Assembly: GCA_028276785.1 (NCBI GenBank)
Contig: JAPYVP010000004.1
Coordinates: 15,803 to 47,802 of the forward strand
Direction of reading: 5' to 3'
DNA length: 32,000 nt
Source: Candidatus Nanopusillus sp.
Lineage (GTDB): Archaea > Nanobdellota > Nanobdellia > Nanobdellales > Nanobdellaceae
The notes below the pieces were generated by a model. It saw only the letters and a program-made list of their open reading frames with translations. It was not told where the DNA came from and did no database searches. The translations under genes and the position numbers were made by a program. Below are positions 16,382 through 26,170 of this stretch, piece after piece. Numbering within the stretch: the first letter of the stretch is position 1; each line of letters opens with the position of its first letter.

Positions 16382-18139
16382 TTATTCATAGTATATTCCC
16401 TTTTCTTTTTGTATAAGATCTAATCTACTATTTTGTTTATTAATTCTTGGTCTTTTTGTTTCTTCATCGGTTCTCATTGTTATATCTAATTGTTTTAAAA
16501 ATATATTTAATCCTTCCTTATTTTCATATATACCCAGTGCTTTCCCATATTTACCAGGTTCTCCTACAAATACCAAAATTCTGTCAGAAACCCAATTTAA
16601 AAATATTAAATCATGATCTACAACTAGGCAAGCTTTTCCCTTAATTTTTATTATATCTCTTATAAATTTTGATAATAATAATCTTTGTTCTATATCCAGA
16701 TCTGCAAATGGTTCATCTATTAAATATAAATCTGCATCCTTTATTAATGTACCAAAAGTATATACTGTTTGTAATTCCCCTCCCGATAATGTGCTAACTT
16801 CTCTATCTAATAGATCAGAAATATTTAACATCGATAAATATTCTTTATAATCATCTTTATATTTTTCATTAAAATTTTTCAAAAATTGATCTACAGTTAT
16901 ATTATAATTAGAAAAATCATAAAATTGTGGTTTATACGATATTATTAAATTTTTTGATATATTTCCTTCATATTTTATTTCTCCAGCCAAAGCCTTTACA
17001 AAAGTGCTTTTTCCAATTCCATTTCTCCCAATTACTCCAATTATTTCATTTTCTCTAATAAATCCGTGATTTGCCTCTAATCTAAAATTATCCAATTTTA
17101 CTATAATATTTTCCCATTCAACAATCTTTTTTCCAAATTTTACATCTGTATAACTTTTTACATCCAATCTTATCGGTTTATCTCTTATCTTTAAATTTTC
17201 TCTCTTTATAAATCCGTCTAAATATTGATTTATACCTTCCTTTGCCCCAACAGGATATGAAAAAGCCCCATATGCTTTTTGTACTCCATAAACAATATGT
17301 ATAATATCTGAAATAGAATCTAAAAATAATAAATCATGATCTATTATCAATATAGTATCTTTTTCCTTTATTTCATTTAAATTATTTAATATTCTCAATC
17401 TTTCATATATATCTAGGTAATTTGTAACTTCATCGATTAATAATAAATTATGTTCCTTATATACTGAATATATATATACTACTTTTTGGAATTCTCCTCC
17501 AGATAGATCTCCAATTTTTCTATCCAATATATTTTCTATTTCAAATTTTTTTGATATCTCATCTAAATTGTTTACAACTCTTGATAAAAACTCTCTAACT
17601 GTTTTATCCTTTAACATATTTTTTATTTTAGTAATATTCTGGGGTTTATATGAAATTACTACCTTATTACTATATAACTTTTCAAAATAAGATTGAAGTT
17701 CAGAACCTCTAAACTCTCTTATAATTTCTTTATCATCATATTTTTTACTAAAATCCCCAAAATTTGGTTTTAATAGACCAGCTATTATATTTATTGCTGT
17801 ACTCTTTCCCATTCCATTTCTCCCAATTATTCCAATAACTTTTCCTTCCTTAATTATTGGTAATCTATACAATCTAAATGTATTTGGACCATATTGAAAT
17901 ACAGGTTTTGCTTCAGGTTCCTTTGTTAAGTTTATAATTATTATTGCATTAAATGGGCATCTCTTTACACATATACCACATCCAATACATAAAGATTCGT
18001 CAATAGATGGTTTTTTATCTTGTAAAATATTAAATATTTTTAAATTATTTTTTTGAACTGGACATACTTTCATACATATATAATCACATTTTTCAGGAGC
18101 CTTACATCTATCCCTATCAATTACAGCAATTCTTTTCAT
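16382..18139 (-). CDS. abce1: ABCE1 / RNase L inhibitor-type ribosome recycling ATPase
   Basis: 585 aa. N-terminal double 4Fe-4S ferredoxin region (C..C..C...CP and CIGCGICVKRCP). Two ABC nucleotide-binding domains (GIIGRNGMGKST, LSGGEFQ; GVIGRNGIGKST, LSGGELQ). Confidence 0.95.
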   Translation of the reverse strand: MKRIAVIDRDRCKAPEKCDYICMKVCPVQKNNLKIFNILQDKKPSIDESLCIGCGICVKRCPFNAIIIINLTKEPEAKPVFQYGPNTFRLYRLPIIKEGKVIGIIGRNGMGKSTAINIIAGLLKPNFGDFSKKYDDKEIIREFRGSELQSYFEKLYSNKVVISYKPQNITKIKNMLKDKTVREFLSRVVNNLDEISKKFEIENILDRKIGDLSGGEFQKVVYIYSVYKEHNLLLIDEVTNYLDIYERLRILNNLNEIKEKDTILIIDHDLLFLDSISDIIHIVYGVQKAYGAFSYPVGAKEGINQYLDGFIKRENLKIRDKPIRLDVKSYTDVKFGKKIVEWENIIVKLDNFRLEANHGFIRENEIIGVIGRNGIGKSTFVKALAGEIKYEGNISKNLIISYKPQFYDFSNYNITVDQFLKNFNEKYKDDYKEYLSMLNISDLLDREVSTLSGGELQTVYTFGTLIKDADLYLIDEPFADLDIEQRLLLSKFIRDIIKIKGKACLVVDHDLIFLNWVSDRILVFVGEPGKYGKALGIYENKEGLNIFLKQLDITMRTDEETKRPRINKQNSRLDLIQKEKGIYYE

Positions 18140-19941
18140 ACTAATTTAAATTCTATTTTACTTTTATTATTTATAGCTTCTAATATTTCTTTTCCTATTT
18201 CAGAATTTAAATCCAAAACAATTTTTCCCTTTTTATTTATCTTAAATTTTCCAATTAATTTTCCATTTATATATAATTCTACCTCCCTTTTCCTAAATAA
18301 ATTATTAAACATTATTGTAAGATAATCTTTAGATATTTCATAATCAAAATTTATAATTTCATTTAATTTTTCAGCATTTTTTATTTCAATTCTCAAATTA
18401 TATTTATCCTTTATACTCATTAAATATCTTTTTTCATTTCTAATAAATCTTTTTTTAAGATCTTTTGGAATATAAAATATTATTCTATCATCTAAAACTT
18501 CTATATAAACATTATTATATTTTCTTTTATATTCTATATTTAATAAATCTTCTAAGAATCTTTGAATTCCAGATTTTAGTCTATATTTTTTAATTGGAAC
18601 AACCATTATCTCTTCTCCAAAGGTATATATTTCATATTCTAAATCATTTGTTAAGAAATCTCTTACTTCAACAACTGGTCTTGCCAGATCTTCCTCTTTT
18701 AAACCATGCGGAATTTTAACAGTTAAATTTAAATAATATACTTTTTCTATCTGTCCTTTATTTATATATATTATTGTATCAATTATTTGTGGAATCAAAC
18801 CAAGTTCTGTCCTAGATATTAGTCTATGAACAATATCTATTGGTCTTTCAGCATGAGCAACACCAATCATTCCAATTCCTGCTAGTCTTAAATCTATATA
18901 TAATTTAAAGTCTCTGGTATCTCTCATTTCATCAAATATTACATAATCTGGCCTTGATAATAATAATATATCATGTATTTCCTCATCCGTAGAATAATTT
19001 TTTGAATATTGAACTATATCTGGAGATAATATTAAATCTCTTGGAGATTCTATTGTTTTAACAATCTTTTTCATACTTAAATAATATTCTGCAAGAGCTT
19101 GGGCAAATGTTGTTTTTCCAGAACCTGGTTTTCCAACAATTATAATTCCTTCTGATTTCTCTTTTAATCTTTCAACTATTTTTTCATTCAAATTGTAATC
19201 TTCTATTCTTAATATTTTTGATGGTTTAACAATTGTTATTTCATATGCATCTGATAATGGTGGTTTTACAATTACAATTCTAAAAATCCCCAATTGAATA
19301 ATCAAACTGTTCTTTTTTTCTTGTTCTATAAATGAATCTCTTCTATTTCTAGCAATATATATTATCTTATCGATTAAATCTTCTATATCTTTATTTCCAT
19401 ATACTTTATCTATTTCCTCCAAATACCATTCACCAGGTTTCCCTCTTTTTCTTTTTACTTTTGTATTTTCGATAATATGAACAGATATTGTATCATCAGT
19501 AAATAAATCTAAAAAGGGTGGATTTTCTATTGAAAGACCTTCTTTTTCAATAAATAAACAGTCAACATTATATACTTTAGCAGTTTCATATAATATCCTA
19601 TCAGACGTCAATAATGTGGATTTTGTCTCTCTCGCAATTTTAATAATTAAATAATCTATATATCCGTGTTTGGCCAATCTTATTTGTTCTAATGTTGGTT
19701 TTTCTCCCAATATTATTACCTTATAATTATATTTTTCAGATAATTCCCTAATTTTTTGCAGTTCTCTTAGACCAATCAATCCTTTTTCAAGACCTTTATT
19801 TGCCTGAGCTTGCAATTCATCAATTACGGGTACAGGTATTATTACTTCATTAAATGAAATACTATTATTTAATAATGATCTTGATATATATTCGTCGATT
19901 ACTACAGAAGTATCTAACGTTATTTTATCTAATTTCATCAA
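18136..19941 (-). CDS. PIN domain plus PilT-like ATPase plus KH domain protein (COG1855 type)
   Basis: 601 aa. N-terminal PIN-like ITLDTSVVID. Walker A IVGKPGSGKTTFAQ and Walker B VIFDEMR. C-terminal KH-like region. Overlaps rpoL by 17 nt and abce1 by 4 nt. Confidence 0.8.
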   Translation of the reverse strand: MMKLDKITLDTSVVIDEYISRSLLNNSISFNEVIIPVPVIDELQAQANKGLEKGLIGLRELQKIRELSEKYNYKVIILGEKPTLEQIRLAKHGYIDYLIIKIARETKSTLLTSDRILYETAKVYNVDCLFIEKEGLSIENPPFLDLFTDDTISVHIIENTKVKRKRGKPGEWYLEEIDKVYGNKDIEDLIDKIIYIARNRRDSFIEQEKKNSLIIQLGIFRIVIVKPPLSDAYEITIVKPSKILRIEDYNLNEKIVERLKEKSEGIIIVGKPGSGKTTFAQALAEYYLSMKKIVKTIESPRDLILSPDIVQYSKNYSTDEEIHDILLLSRPDYVIFDEMRDTRDFKLYIDLRLAGIGMIGVAHAERPIDIVHRLISRTELGLIPQIIDTIIYINKGQIEKVYYLNLTVKIPHGLKEEDLARPVVEVRDFLTNDLEYEIYTFGEEIMVVPIKKYRLKSGIQRFLEDLLNIEYKRKYNNVYIEVLDDRIIFYIPKDLKKRFIRNEKRYLMSIKDKYNLRIEIKNAEKLNEIINFDYEISKDYLTIMFNNLFRKREVELYINGKLIGKFKINKKGKIVLDLNSEIGKEILEAINNKSKIEFKLV

Positions 19942-20206
19942 TTATTTTATTATATTCTTTCTCAAAACTATTTAACCTATCTAAAGCCCTCTTTATTGCA
20001 TCTATTAATACTTCTCTTGGTTTTCTTTTTCCATTAGTTCTTATATATAAGTAAATATCTTTTATTAGAGGATGATTTTCCTTCCATGCAGCAATTATTA
20101 CATCCGGATCTTTATCCAATTCTTCTTTTAATAGCATAGAAATGGTTGCTTTATCATTTTCAAATATTATTTCCATTTCTGTCTCGCTTTCCTTATTTAC
20201 TTTCAT
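19925..20206 (-). CDS. rpoL: DNA-directed RNA polymerase subunit L (Rpo11)
   Basis: 93 aa. The pattern ...EIIFENDKATISMLLKEEL..DPDVIIAAWKENHPL...IYLYIRTNG...PREVLIDAIKRA matches the RpoL/Rpb11 fold signature (..fa.Y...HPl...l.i.T.g). Confidence 0.7.
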   Translation of the reverse strand: MKVNKESETEMEIIFENDKATISMLLKEELDKDPDVIIAAWKENHPLIKDIYLYIRTNGKRKPREVLIDAIKRALDRLNSFEKEYNKIIDEIR

Positions 20207-20229
20207 TCCTATTATATTATATAAATATT

Positions 20230-21882
20230 TTATATAACTTTATCTCTTAACCTCCTTATTTCAAAATTAAATAAATTAATACTCAAAACTTCTCCATTCT
20301 TTATATTTCTCAAAAATAAAATACCGGGTTCTGGTTTATGACCCAATTCTTTCTGATATGGGGTTATATCCTGGAAAGTAGATGAATTAATTAAATCTAC
20401 CCCTCTATATTCATTATAAGATGCCCTATGTATATGGCCAGTGTGAAATAAGTCTGGTACAATCTCTATTACAGAAGGGTCGTCATTTATGTATGGAACA
20501 TATGGGTTTGATCCATGAGAAGGAAATATTAACCTAAACATTAACATAAACTTCATTAATTCTCCAGGGTTTTCATATCCTCCTCTCTCTCTTAAAAAAG
20601 AAATGTTTGATACTAACCAATCTAAAACATACCCATGATATAATAACACAATAATTGAATTATGTATTTTTACATATGCTGGATTTGATAAATAATGTAT
20701 ATTTTTCATTGAATAGGACTCTCTTAATAAAGATTTTGGCAGTTCTGGTTGTGGCTCCGCCAATCTTGGTATATCATGATTTCCTGGTATAATAATTGTC
20801 TTTATACTTTCTGGTATTTTTAATATATAATCTTCAAAACTTTTATATTGGTCCTCATATGTTTTTAATACTAATTCTTCTTTTTGTTCTGGATAAACAC
20901 CAACCCCATCCACAACATCACCAACAATTATTATATAACCTATTTTTCTTGCAATTTCATTTATTTTTTCATTTTCTGTTTTTCCATTTACAAATTGTAA
21001 AAATCTATCAAATAAATTATAAAATGTATGTTTATTTCCTATTTGCCAATCACCAGTAAATAATATATATACATCATCTTCTCCAAATGTTTTTGGCCTT
21101 TTTATTGGTACATTTGGTAATATCACATTATTTGTAAAAAACATATTATTTTTATATATACCAACCAAACCAATAACAGAATCCAATGGTATATCTTTAA
21201 CTATTTTAAAATCTATGTTTTCATTATCCTTGCTTATAAAGGCTTTTATAATATTATTTTCATCTTCTATAACAAGAATTATTCCTTTTTCAGTTATTTT
21301 CTTATCATAAACTAATCCAGCAATCGCAACTTCCTCATTTTCTGGTATCTTATTTAATGGGTATAATTCCCTCATTTCTGAATGATCTCTTAATATTTTC
21401 TTTATCTTATTTAATCTTTGTTTATAATATGATATCCAAGATATAATATCTGGTTTATTTTTTTGTATTTCAAATTTCTTTAGAATATTTATTTCTTTTG
21501 TTTCTCTCATTTCCTTTACCGATAATTCTATTTCTTCTCCAACACGTTTCTTTGTACTTTCTATAAGAATTAAGTTATTACTTTCTTTTTCTATACTTTG
21601 TTTATTTTCATTTATATTAAAAAAATCTTTTATATTTATAATGTTTCGTTTTTTATTGGTATTCTTTTCACTTTTTTCAACGTTTTTATTATCATTACTA
21701 ACATTTCTTCCAAGTATTCTATTAATAAAATCTTCATCTATCTTATTTACATTGCTTCTTATTGCCTCCTTAAATATGATATCTAAATCTTCCTCTTTTA
21801 AATTATTTAAAAGATCATATGCTTTTTTTTCAATAAATATATTATTTTCCCATAACAGCTTTATTAGATCTTCTTTATTCAT
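20230..21882 (-). CDS. DNA polymerase II (PolD) small subunit DP1
   Basis: 550 aa. OB-fold region, then calcineurin-like phosphoesterase motifs (ILFTGDWQIG, IIVGDVVDG, IPGNHD, LYHG, HTGHIH). The start overlaps the cdc6 stop by 4 nt. Confidence 0.9.
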   Translation of the reverse strand: MNKEDLIKLLWENNIFIEKKAYDLLNNLKEEDLDIIFKEAIRSNVNKIDEDFINRILGRNVSNDNKNVEKSEKNTNKKRNIINIKDFFNINENKQSIEKESNNLILIESTKKRVGEEIELSVKEMRETKEINILKKFEIQKNKPDIISWISYYKQRLNKIKKILRDHSEMRELYPLNKIPENEEVAIAGLVYDKKITEKGIILVIEDENNIIKAFISKDNENIDFKIVKDIPLDSVIGLVGIYKNNMFFTNNVILPNVPIKRPKTFGEDDVYILFTGDWQIGNKHTFYNLFDRFLQFVNGKTENEKINEIARKIGYIIIVGDVVDGVGVYPEQKEELVLKTYEDQYKSFEDYILKIPESIKTIIIPGNHDIPRLAEPQPELPKSLLRESYSMKNIHYLSNPAYVKIHNSIIVLLYHGYVLDWLVSNISFLRERGGYENPGELMKFMLMFRLIFPSHGSNPYVPYINDDPSVIEIVPDLFHTGHIHRASYNEYRGVDLINSSTFQDITPYQKELGHKPEPGILFLRNIKNGEVLSINLFNFEIRRLRDKVI

Positions 21883-23111
21883 ATATCTTTTTTTATTTTT
21901 TCATATATTTTTTTAAGATTATCAACATCTGATATAATCTTTAAAACTTTGTTTACTCCATTTTTTCCATTAGATATTATTTTTGATTCTATTAATTCTC
22001 CAAATATACTTTCTATTTTCTTTAAATTTTTATATACTGTTGTTTTGTCTAAAACAGATATTCCAAAACTGCTTGATAAATTTACGTATTCTTCGTATAA
22101 ATTATTAAATGTTACAAAATCTTCTTTTTTTATTTGTTCCTTTATTAAGGCTAACAAAATTATTTTTTGCGTTTTGTTTAAAGTGCTTACTATAGACTCT
22201 AATATATTTAAATCAACACTAGAGAACGCTTCATCTATATCCTCTTTACCTATTTTTTCTTTATTTTTATTATACGCAATAATTGCTGATATTCTTAGTA
22301 CATTTATTGCGATTCTTGCATCTCCAAAAAATTCTTTAGAAACCCTTGCAGAAATATAATTTATATCTTCCTCTGATATTGAACCTGGTTTTAGGGCTTT
22401 TATAGCCCTGTCTTTTAGAATTTCTCTCAATTCATAATAATTATATGGAGAAAATTTTACTTGAATTATCGATGAAAATGATGATTTTATTCTCTGATCT
22501 AATTGCGATATAAAAGATGGGGAATTAGAAATAAGTATTATTCTTATTCTACTTAAAAAGTTTATATCATAATTTCTTAATAGCAAATATAAGATTTCTG
22601 TATTTTCCAACTTTCTAAATATACTATCTACTTCATCCAATATTATTATTAGTTTATAATCATTATTGATTATAAATTTATATATATTTTCATATATATC
22701 ATTCTTTCTAACTCCGCTTTTTATATTTGTGTTTGCTAGTTCTTCATATATTTTTTTAAATATGTAATAATCCACATCATCTGATAGTATTTGTTTACAG
22801 TTTACATATGCAACTCTTACTTTTAGCTTATTTTTTGCTGAATAAAACGATATACCTTTACTTAAATACCTTGCCATTAAAGTTTTCCCAGTACCAGTAG
22901 TTCCATATAAAAATAAGTTGCTTCCTGTATTTCTATTTAAAAATAAGTTTATATTTGATAATATGATTTCTTTTTCTTTATCTCTAAATTTGATTTCGTA
23001 TGGAATGAAATCTTCTTCAAAATATCTTCCATCCACAATAAGGCTTTTATCTTTATTTGATATTTTTTCAAAATCTGATAAAAAATAGTCTATTATAGAA
23101 TTTGTCATCAT
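21879..23111 (-). CDS. cdc6: Orc1/Cdc6 replication initiator
   Basis: 410 aa. Walker A LFLYGTTGTGKT, Walker B IIILDEVD, sensor region ILISN. C-terminal winged-helix-like region. Confidence 0.9.
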   Translation of the reverse strand: MMTNSIIDYFLSDFEKISNKDKSLIVDGRYFEEDFIPYEIKFRDKEKEIILSNINLFLNRNTGSNLFLYGTTGTGKTLMARYLSKGISFYSAKNKLKVRVAYVNCKQILSDDVDYYIFKKIYEELANTNIKSGVRKNDIYENIYKFIINNDYKLIIILDEVDSIFRKLENTEILYLLLRNYDINFLSRIRIILISNSPSFISQLDQRIKSSFSSIIQVKFSPYNYYELREILKDRAIKALKPGSISEEDINYISARVSKEFFGDARIAINVLRISAIIAYNKNKEKIGKEDIDEAFSSVDLNILESIVSTLNKTQKIILLALIKEQIKKEDFVTFNNLYEEYVNLSSSFGISVLDKTTVYKNLKKIESIFGELIESKIISNGKNGVNKVLKIISDVDNLKKIYEKIKKDI

Positions 23112-23440
23112 AATATCCTATATTATAAAAAATTTTATAAAATGTCTTTGCATTTGATTTAAAAAATGATAATAAGCCTTCTTATTCCTTAAAATAACAA
23201 ATTTTTTGTGATTTTAAAAAAATTTGCCCCAAAATTTTTTCCATGATTGATTTTTCCTTCTAAAAATATCTATAATTTTTCTGCTTAAAAATATTGCTTA
23301 TCAAAAAATTTATAAAAGATATTTATAAAATTTTTGGTACACCTATATCAAAATGTAAACTAACTTATATTATATTTGCCGGATTTTTGTATACTACTAG
23401 TTAGTAGTTAATTATTCTGTTAGCATCATTTCAAGAAGGA
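23112..23440. other. Candidate replication origin region / cdc6 promoter (329-bp non-coding gap)
   Basis: Second-longest non-coding stretch in the window. It is directly upstream of cdc6-polD(small), and extremely AT-rich with short repeats (see findings). The call rests on position only. Confidence 0.3.
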
Positions 23441-24454
23441 TTATAATATATTTTGAAGACGGTGTTCCCTATAATCTTTTAAAATTTTCTTTAACCTCTC
23501 TCCATCAACATTTTTTTCTGACGCATTAGAATTCTCCTCATAAAATTTTTCAACAATAACAAAATTTTTTAATTCCTTAAATTCATCTACAACATAAAAT
23601 CTCGAAAAAATACTTCTAGCTTCTATAAGATTTTCTTTTTTTACAAAAAATTTTACATCTTTTCCTTTATAATATGATATATATTCTTCTTTAAATTCAT
23701 CTATAAATATTTTGCTATAATGAAGTTTGTTCAAATACAAAAAAGAAATTTTTGGTATAACATTATCATTAATTTTTAATCTTTCTATTAAAATCTTAGA
23801 TAGAGTGTTATAATCACTTAATAAATCAATATATTTTTTATTCAATTCTTCCACTATTTTTTCTTTTTCTTTTTGATCTTTTTTATTCTTTATGATGATT
23901 TTTATTATTTCAATGTCTTTTTTATTTACGGGTCTTTTTCTTTTCTTATTATGTTTTTTTGTTTCTTTTTCTTTTTCTTTTAAATTATTTTTTGCGGACA
24001 CAACCTCTACTTTTCTGTTTTTTAGTATATATCTTAATATTTTAACATATTCTTCTTGGTTTTCTGAAAATCTTTTAGCTTTTTCAAATATTTCTTTTAA
24101 TCTTTTTAATGCTTCTATTGCCGATATATAAGCATCAAATTCATGACTATTTTCGAATATATTCTTTAAATTTTCGTTTTTATAATATTTATTTTTTATT
24201 TCTAAACTAATATCTTCCTTAGGACTGTACACACCAATATTTAGTTTTGATGCTATATCTAATATTGTCTTTGGTATATCTTTTTTATCTGTAGCAATGA
24301 GCACAACATATTTTAAATTACTTATATATTTAATTATATCTTCATTTTGTATATTCTTTCCACTTATTTTGTCAATTATATTTCCATTATCATCTATAAC
24401 AACCAATCCTAGATTTGTACCTGGATCTATCCCAACGATTAGAGACTTTAGCAT
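23441..24454 (-). CDS. DUF460 / COG2433-type protein (predicted RNase H-fold nuclease)
   Basis: 337 aa. The N-terminus LIVGIDPGTNLGLVVIDDNGNII...VVLIATDKKDIPKTILDIASKLNIGVYSPKEDIS matches the DUF460 pattern (GiDPG...A.ldl.g......iatD..p.P..v.k.a......P). A Lys/Glu-rich coiled-coil middle follows. Confidence 0.65.
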   Translation of the reverse strand: MLKSLIVGIDPGTNLGLVVIDDNGNIIDKISGKNIQNEDIIKYISNLKYVVLIATDKKDIPKTILDIASKLNIGVYSPKEDISLEIKNKYYKNENLKNIFENSHEFDAYISAIEALKRLKEIFEKAKRFSENQEEYVKILRYILKNRKVEVVSAKNNLKEKEKETKKHNKKRKRPVNKKDIEIIKIIIKNKKDQKEKEKIVEELNKKYIDLLSDYNTLSKILIERLKINDNVIPKISFLYLNKLHYSKIFIDEFKEEYISYYKGKDVKFFVKKENLIEARSIFSRFYVVDEFKELKNFVIVEKFYEENSNASEKNVDGERLKKILKDYREHRLQNIL

Positions 24455-24495
24455 TATTATATTATATTTTATTTTTTCCTTAAAAGTCTACATCT

Positions 24496-24505
24496 CTTTT
24501 AAATC
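24496..24505 (+). promoter_or_regulatory. TATA-like box for the extended uS14 ORF
   Basis: cttttaaatc is centred about 26 nt upstream of the ATG at 24527. This supports that ATG as the real start. Confidence 0.4.
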
Positions 24506-24526
24506 TTACTAACATATTATTAATAA

Positions 24527-24889
24527 ATGCCAAATGATTGGTCATATTTAGTAGAATTACAAAAGAATAAACCAGGTACTTTGGCAAAGATATTGAAACA
24601 TAATGCACCAAAATACATAAGGGAAGAAGTAAGAAGATTAATTAAAGAAGGTAAAATTAAGAATATACAAGAATTAGTACAAAAAGCAGTAAATGAAAAA
24701 AAGAGTTTAATAAAAGTATTAGAAGAATATGGAATAGAAAATAAGGAAAGAAGATTTGGAAAAGGAAGTATAAGATGTATAATATGTAAATCTCATGACA
24801 GAGTTATTAGAAGATATAAGATAAATATATGTGGAAGATGTTTTAGAGAAATGGCAAAGGAACTGGGATTTAAAGTTCTTGGAGAATAA
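24527..24889 (+). CDS. rps14: Ribosomal protein uS14 (zinc type) with an about 68-aa N-terminal extension
   Basis: The C-terminal about 50 aa, ERRFGKGSIRCIICKSHDRVIRRYKINICGRCFREMAKELGFKVLGE, is a typical archaeal uS14 (CxxC...CxxC). The upstream 68 aa are in frame, with no internal ATG/GTG/TTG near the core. Confidence 0.8.
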   Translation: MPNDWSYLVELQKNKPGTLAKILKHNAPKYIREEVRRLIKEGKIKNIQELVQKAVNEKKSLIKVLEEYGIENKERRFGKGSIRCIICKSHDRVIRRYKINICGRCFREMAKELGFKVLGE

Positions 24890-25263
24890 TGGTGGATATA
24901 ATTAATGATTTTCTAGCTCATGCTACAAATTGTATAAATATTGGAAGAAGAAATGTGGAATTTAATTATTATAATAAACTATTATTAAATATTTTAGAAA
25001 AGTTAAAAGAACATAAATATGTTGAAGAATATAAAACCGAAGGAAAGAAAATAATTGTTAGGTTTTCAGAATATTTTAATTTTGGAAAGGCAATTCATCC
25101 AAGATTTCCTGTATCATATAAGGAATTAGAAAAGTATGAAAAAAGATATTTGCCAGCAAGTGGTTTCGGGATATTATTGATATCTACTAATAGAGGTGTT
25201 AAAACAAATGAAGAGTGTAAAAGGGAAAAAATAGGAGGTGTTTTAGTTGCAGTTGTCTATTAA
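24889..25263 (+). CDS. rps8: Ribosomal protein uS8
   Basis: 124 aa. N-terminal D.INDFLAHATNCINIGRRNV, LLNILEKLKEHKYVEEYK, and C-terminal GGVLVAVVY fit uS8. The ATG overlaps the uS14 stop by 1 nt. Confidence 0.85.
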   Translation: MVDIINDFLAHATNCINIGRRNVEFNYYNKLLLNILEKLKEHKYVEEYKTEGKKIIVRFSEYFNFGKAIHPRFPVSYKELEKYEKRYLPASGFGILLISTNRGVKTNEECKREKIGGVLVAVVY

Positions 25264-25511
25264 AGTCTTCTTAAATATTCTTCTAATTTTTCTCTTAATT
25301 CTTTATTATTTAATATAGATTCTATTTCAGATAATTTTCCTTCTATGGATAATAATTTTCTATATAATATACCTAATGCAATCCATATCTGTACTTTTGA
25401 AGGATTATCTGAATTTTCATATATATCTTTATATTTTTTTGTCTCTTCTATTAATGATTTTACAAAATCTCTAAATACAGGATCTAAGCTATCTTTCCAA
25501 TCAGAGGCCAT
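25260..25511 (-). CDS. Hypothetical 83-aa helical protein translationally coupled to uL18
   Basis: The ORF overlaps the uL18 3' end by 11 nt and shares a ttaa stop overlap with the convergent uS8. I recognise no family. Confidence 0.45.
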   Translation of the reverse strand: MASDWKDSLDPVFRDFVKSLIEETKKYKDIYENSDNPSKVQIWIALGILYRKLLSIEGKLSEIESILNNKELREKLEEYLRRL

Positions 25512-26097
25512 AATCTTTTAATATTTTGTTTTTTACTTCTTCAAAATGCTCTACTATTTTTTCAGGTTCTAATCCGTTTTTTAAATATCTTGAAAACTGT
25601 CTTTTATATTTTTCAGGATCTTTTTCTTTTAACATTAATGCATAATTTTTTATATGTTCCCCCTTTATTCTATCTTCAGAAGGTAAAATTTCTTCACTAT
25701 GTGGTATTTCCAATCCAGCGTCAATAGCACCTTTTAGTGCTGCGTATAATGAATTTCCCTTTGTAGATCTAAATCTTCCAATATCCAATATTGCCTCTTC
25801 AATTCCTCTTTTCTTTGCTTCTAGACCTGCTAATAAACCAACTAAATATGCTGTTGGTAAATTTCCTCTATGACCTTTCCATCCATATTTCTTTTCTAAT
25901 ATTTTTGAATGTATTGTTAATAATGTTTTATCTCCATTTTCATTATATAATATTATTTGTGCTAATATATTGTTTAAAAATCTTCTAACAACGAATCTTG
26001 GTTTTTTTGATTTTAATAACTTTAATCTCTTTCTGTAATCTGTAATATTTTTCCTTCTTCTTCTAAATTTTACTACGTAAGTAGGACCTGTAGCCAT
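25501..26097 (-). CDS. rpl18: Ribosomal protein uL18
   Basis: 198 aa. N-terminal [43 protein letters not shown] is the archaeal L18/eukaryotic L5 signature. A TATA-like box lies about 27 nt upstream. Confidence 0.9.
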   Translation of the reverse strand: MATGPTYVVKFRRRRKNITDYRKRLKLLKSKKPRFVVRRFLNNILAQIILYNENGDKTLLTIHSKILEKKYGWKGHRGNLPTAYLVGLLAGLEAKKRGIEEAILDIGRFRSTKGNSLYAALKGAIDAGLEIPHSEEILPSEDRIKGEHIKNYALMLKEKDPEKYKRQFSRYLKNGLEPEKIVEHFEEVKNKILKDYGL

Positions 26098-26170
26098 TAA
26101 AGATATTTTTATAAGTAATTTTTTAAATTTAATTTAGTTAAATTTTAAATTTGTTTATATTTGAAATGAA

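Noticed and set aside
23393-23408. Near-palindrome actacta-gt-tagtagt as a functional hairpin
   Set aside because: It has only 7-bp A/T-rich arms with a 2-nt spacer, too weak to call on its own. It is mentioned only as part of the origin-candidate gap.
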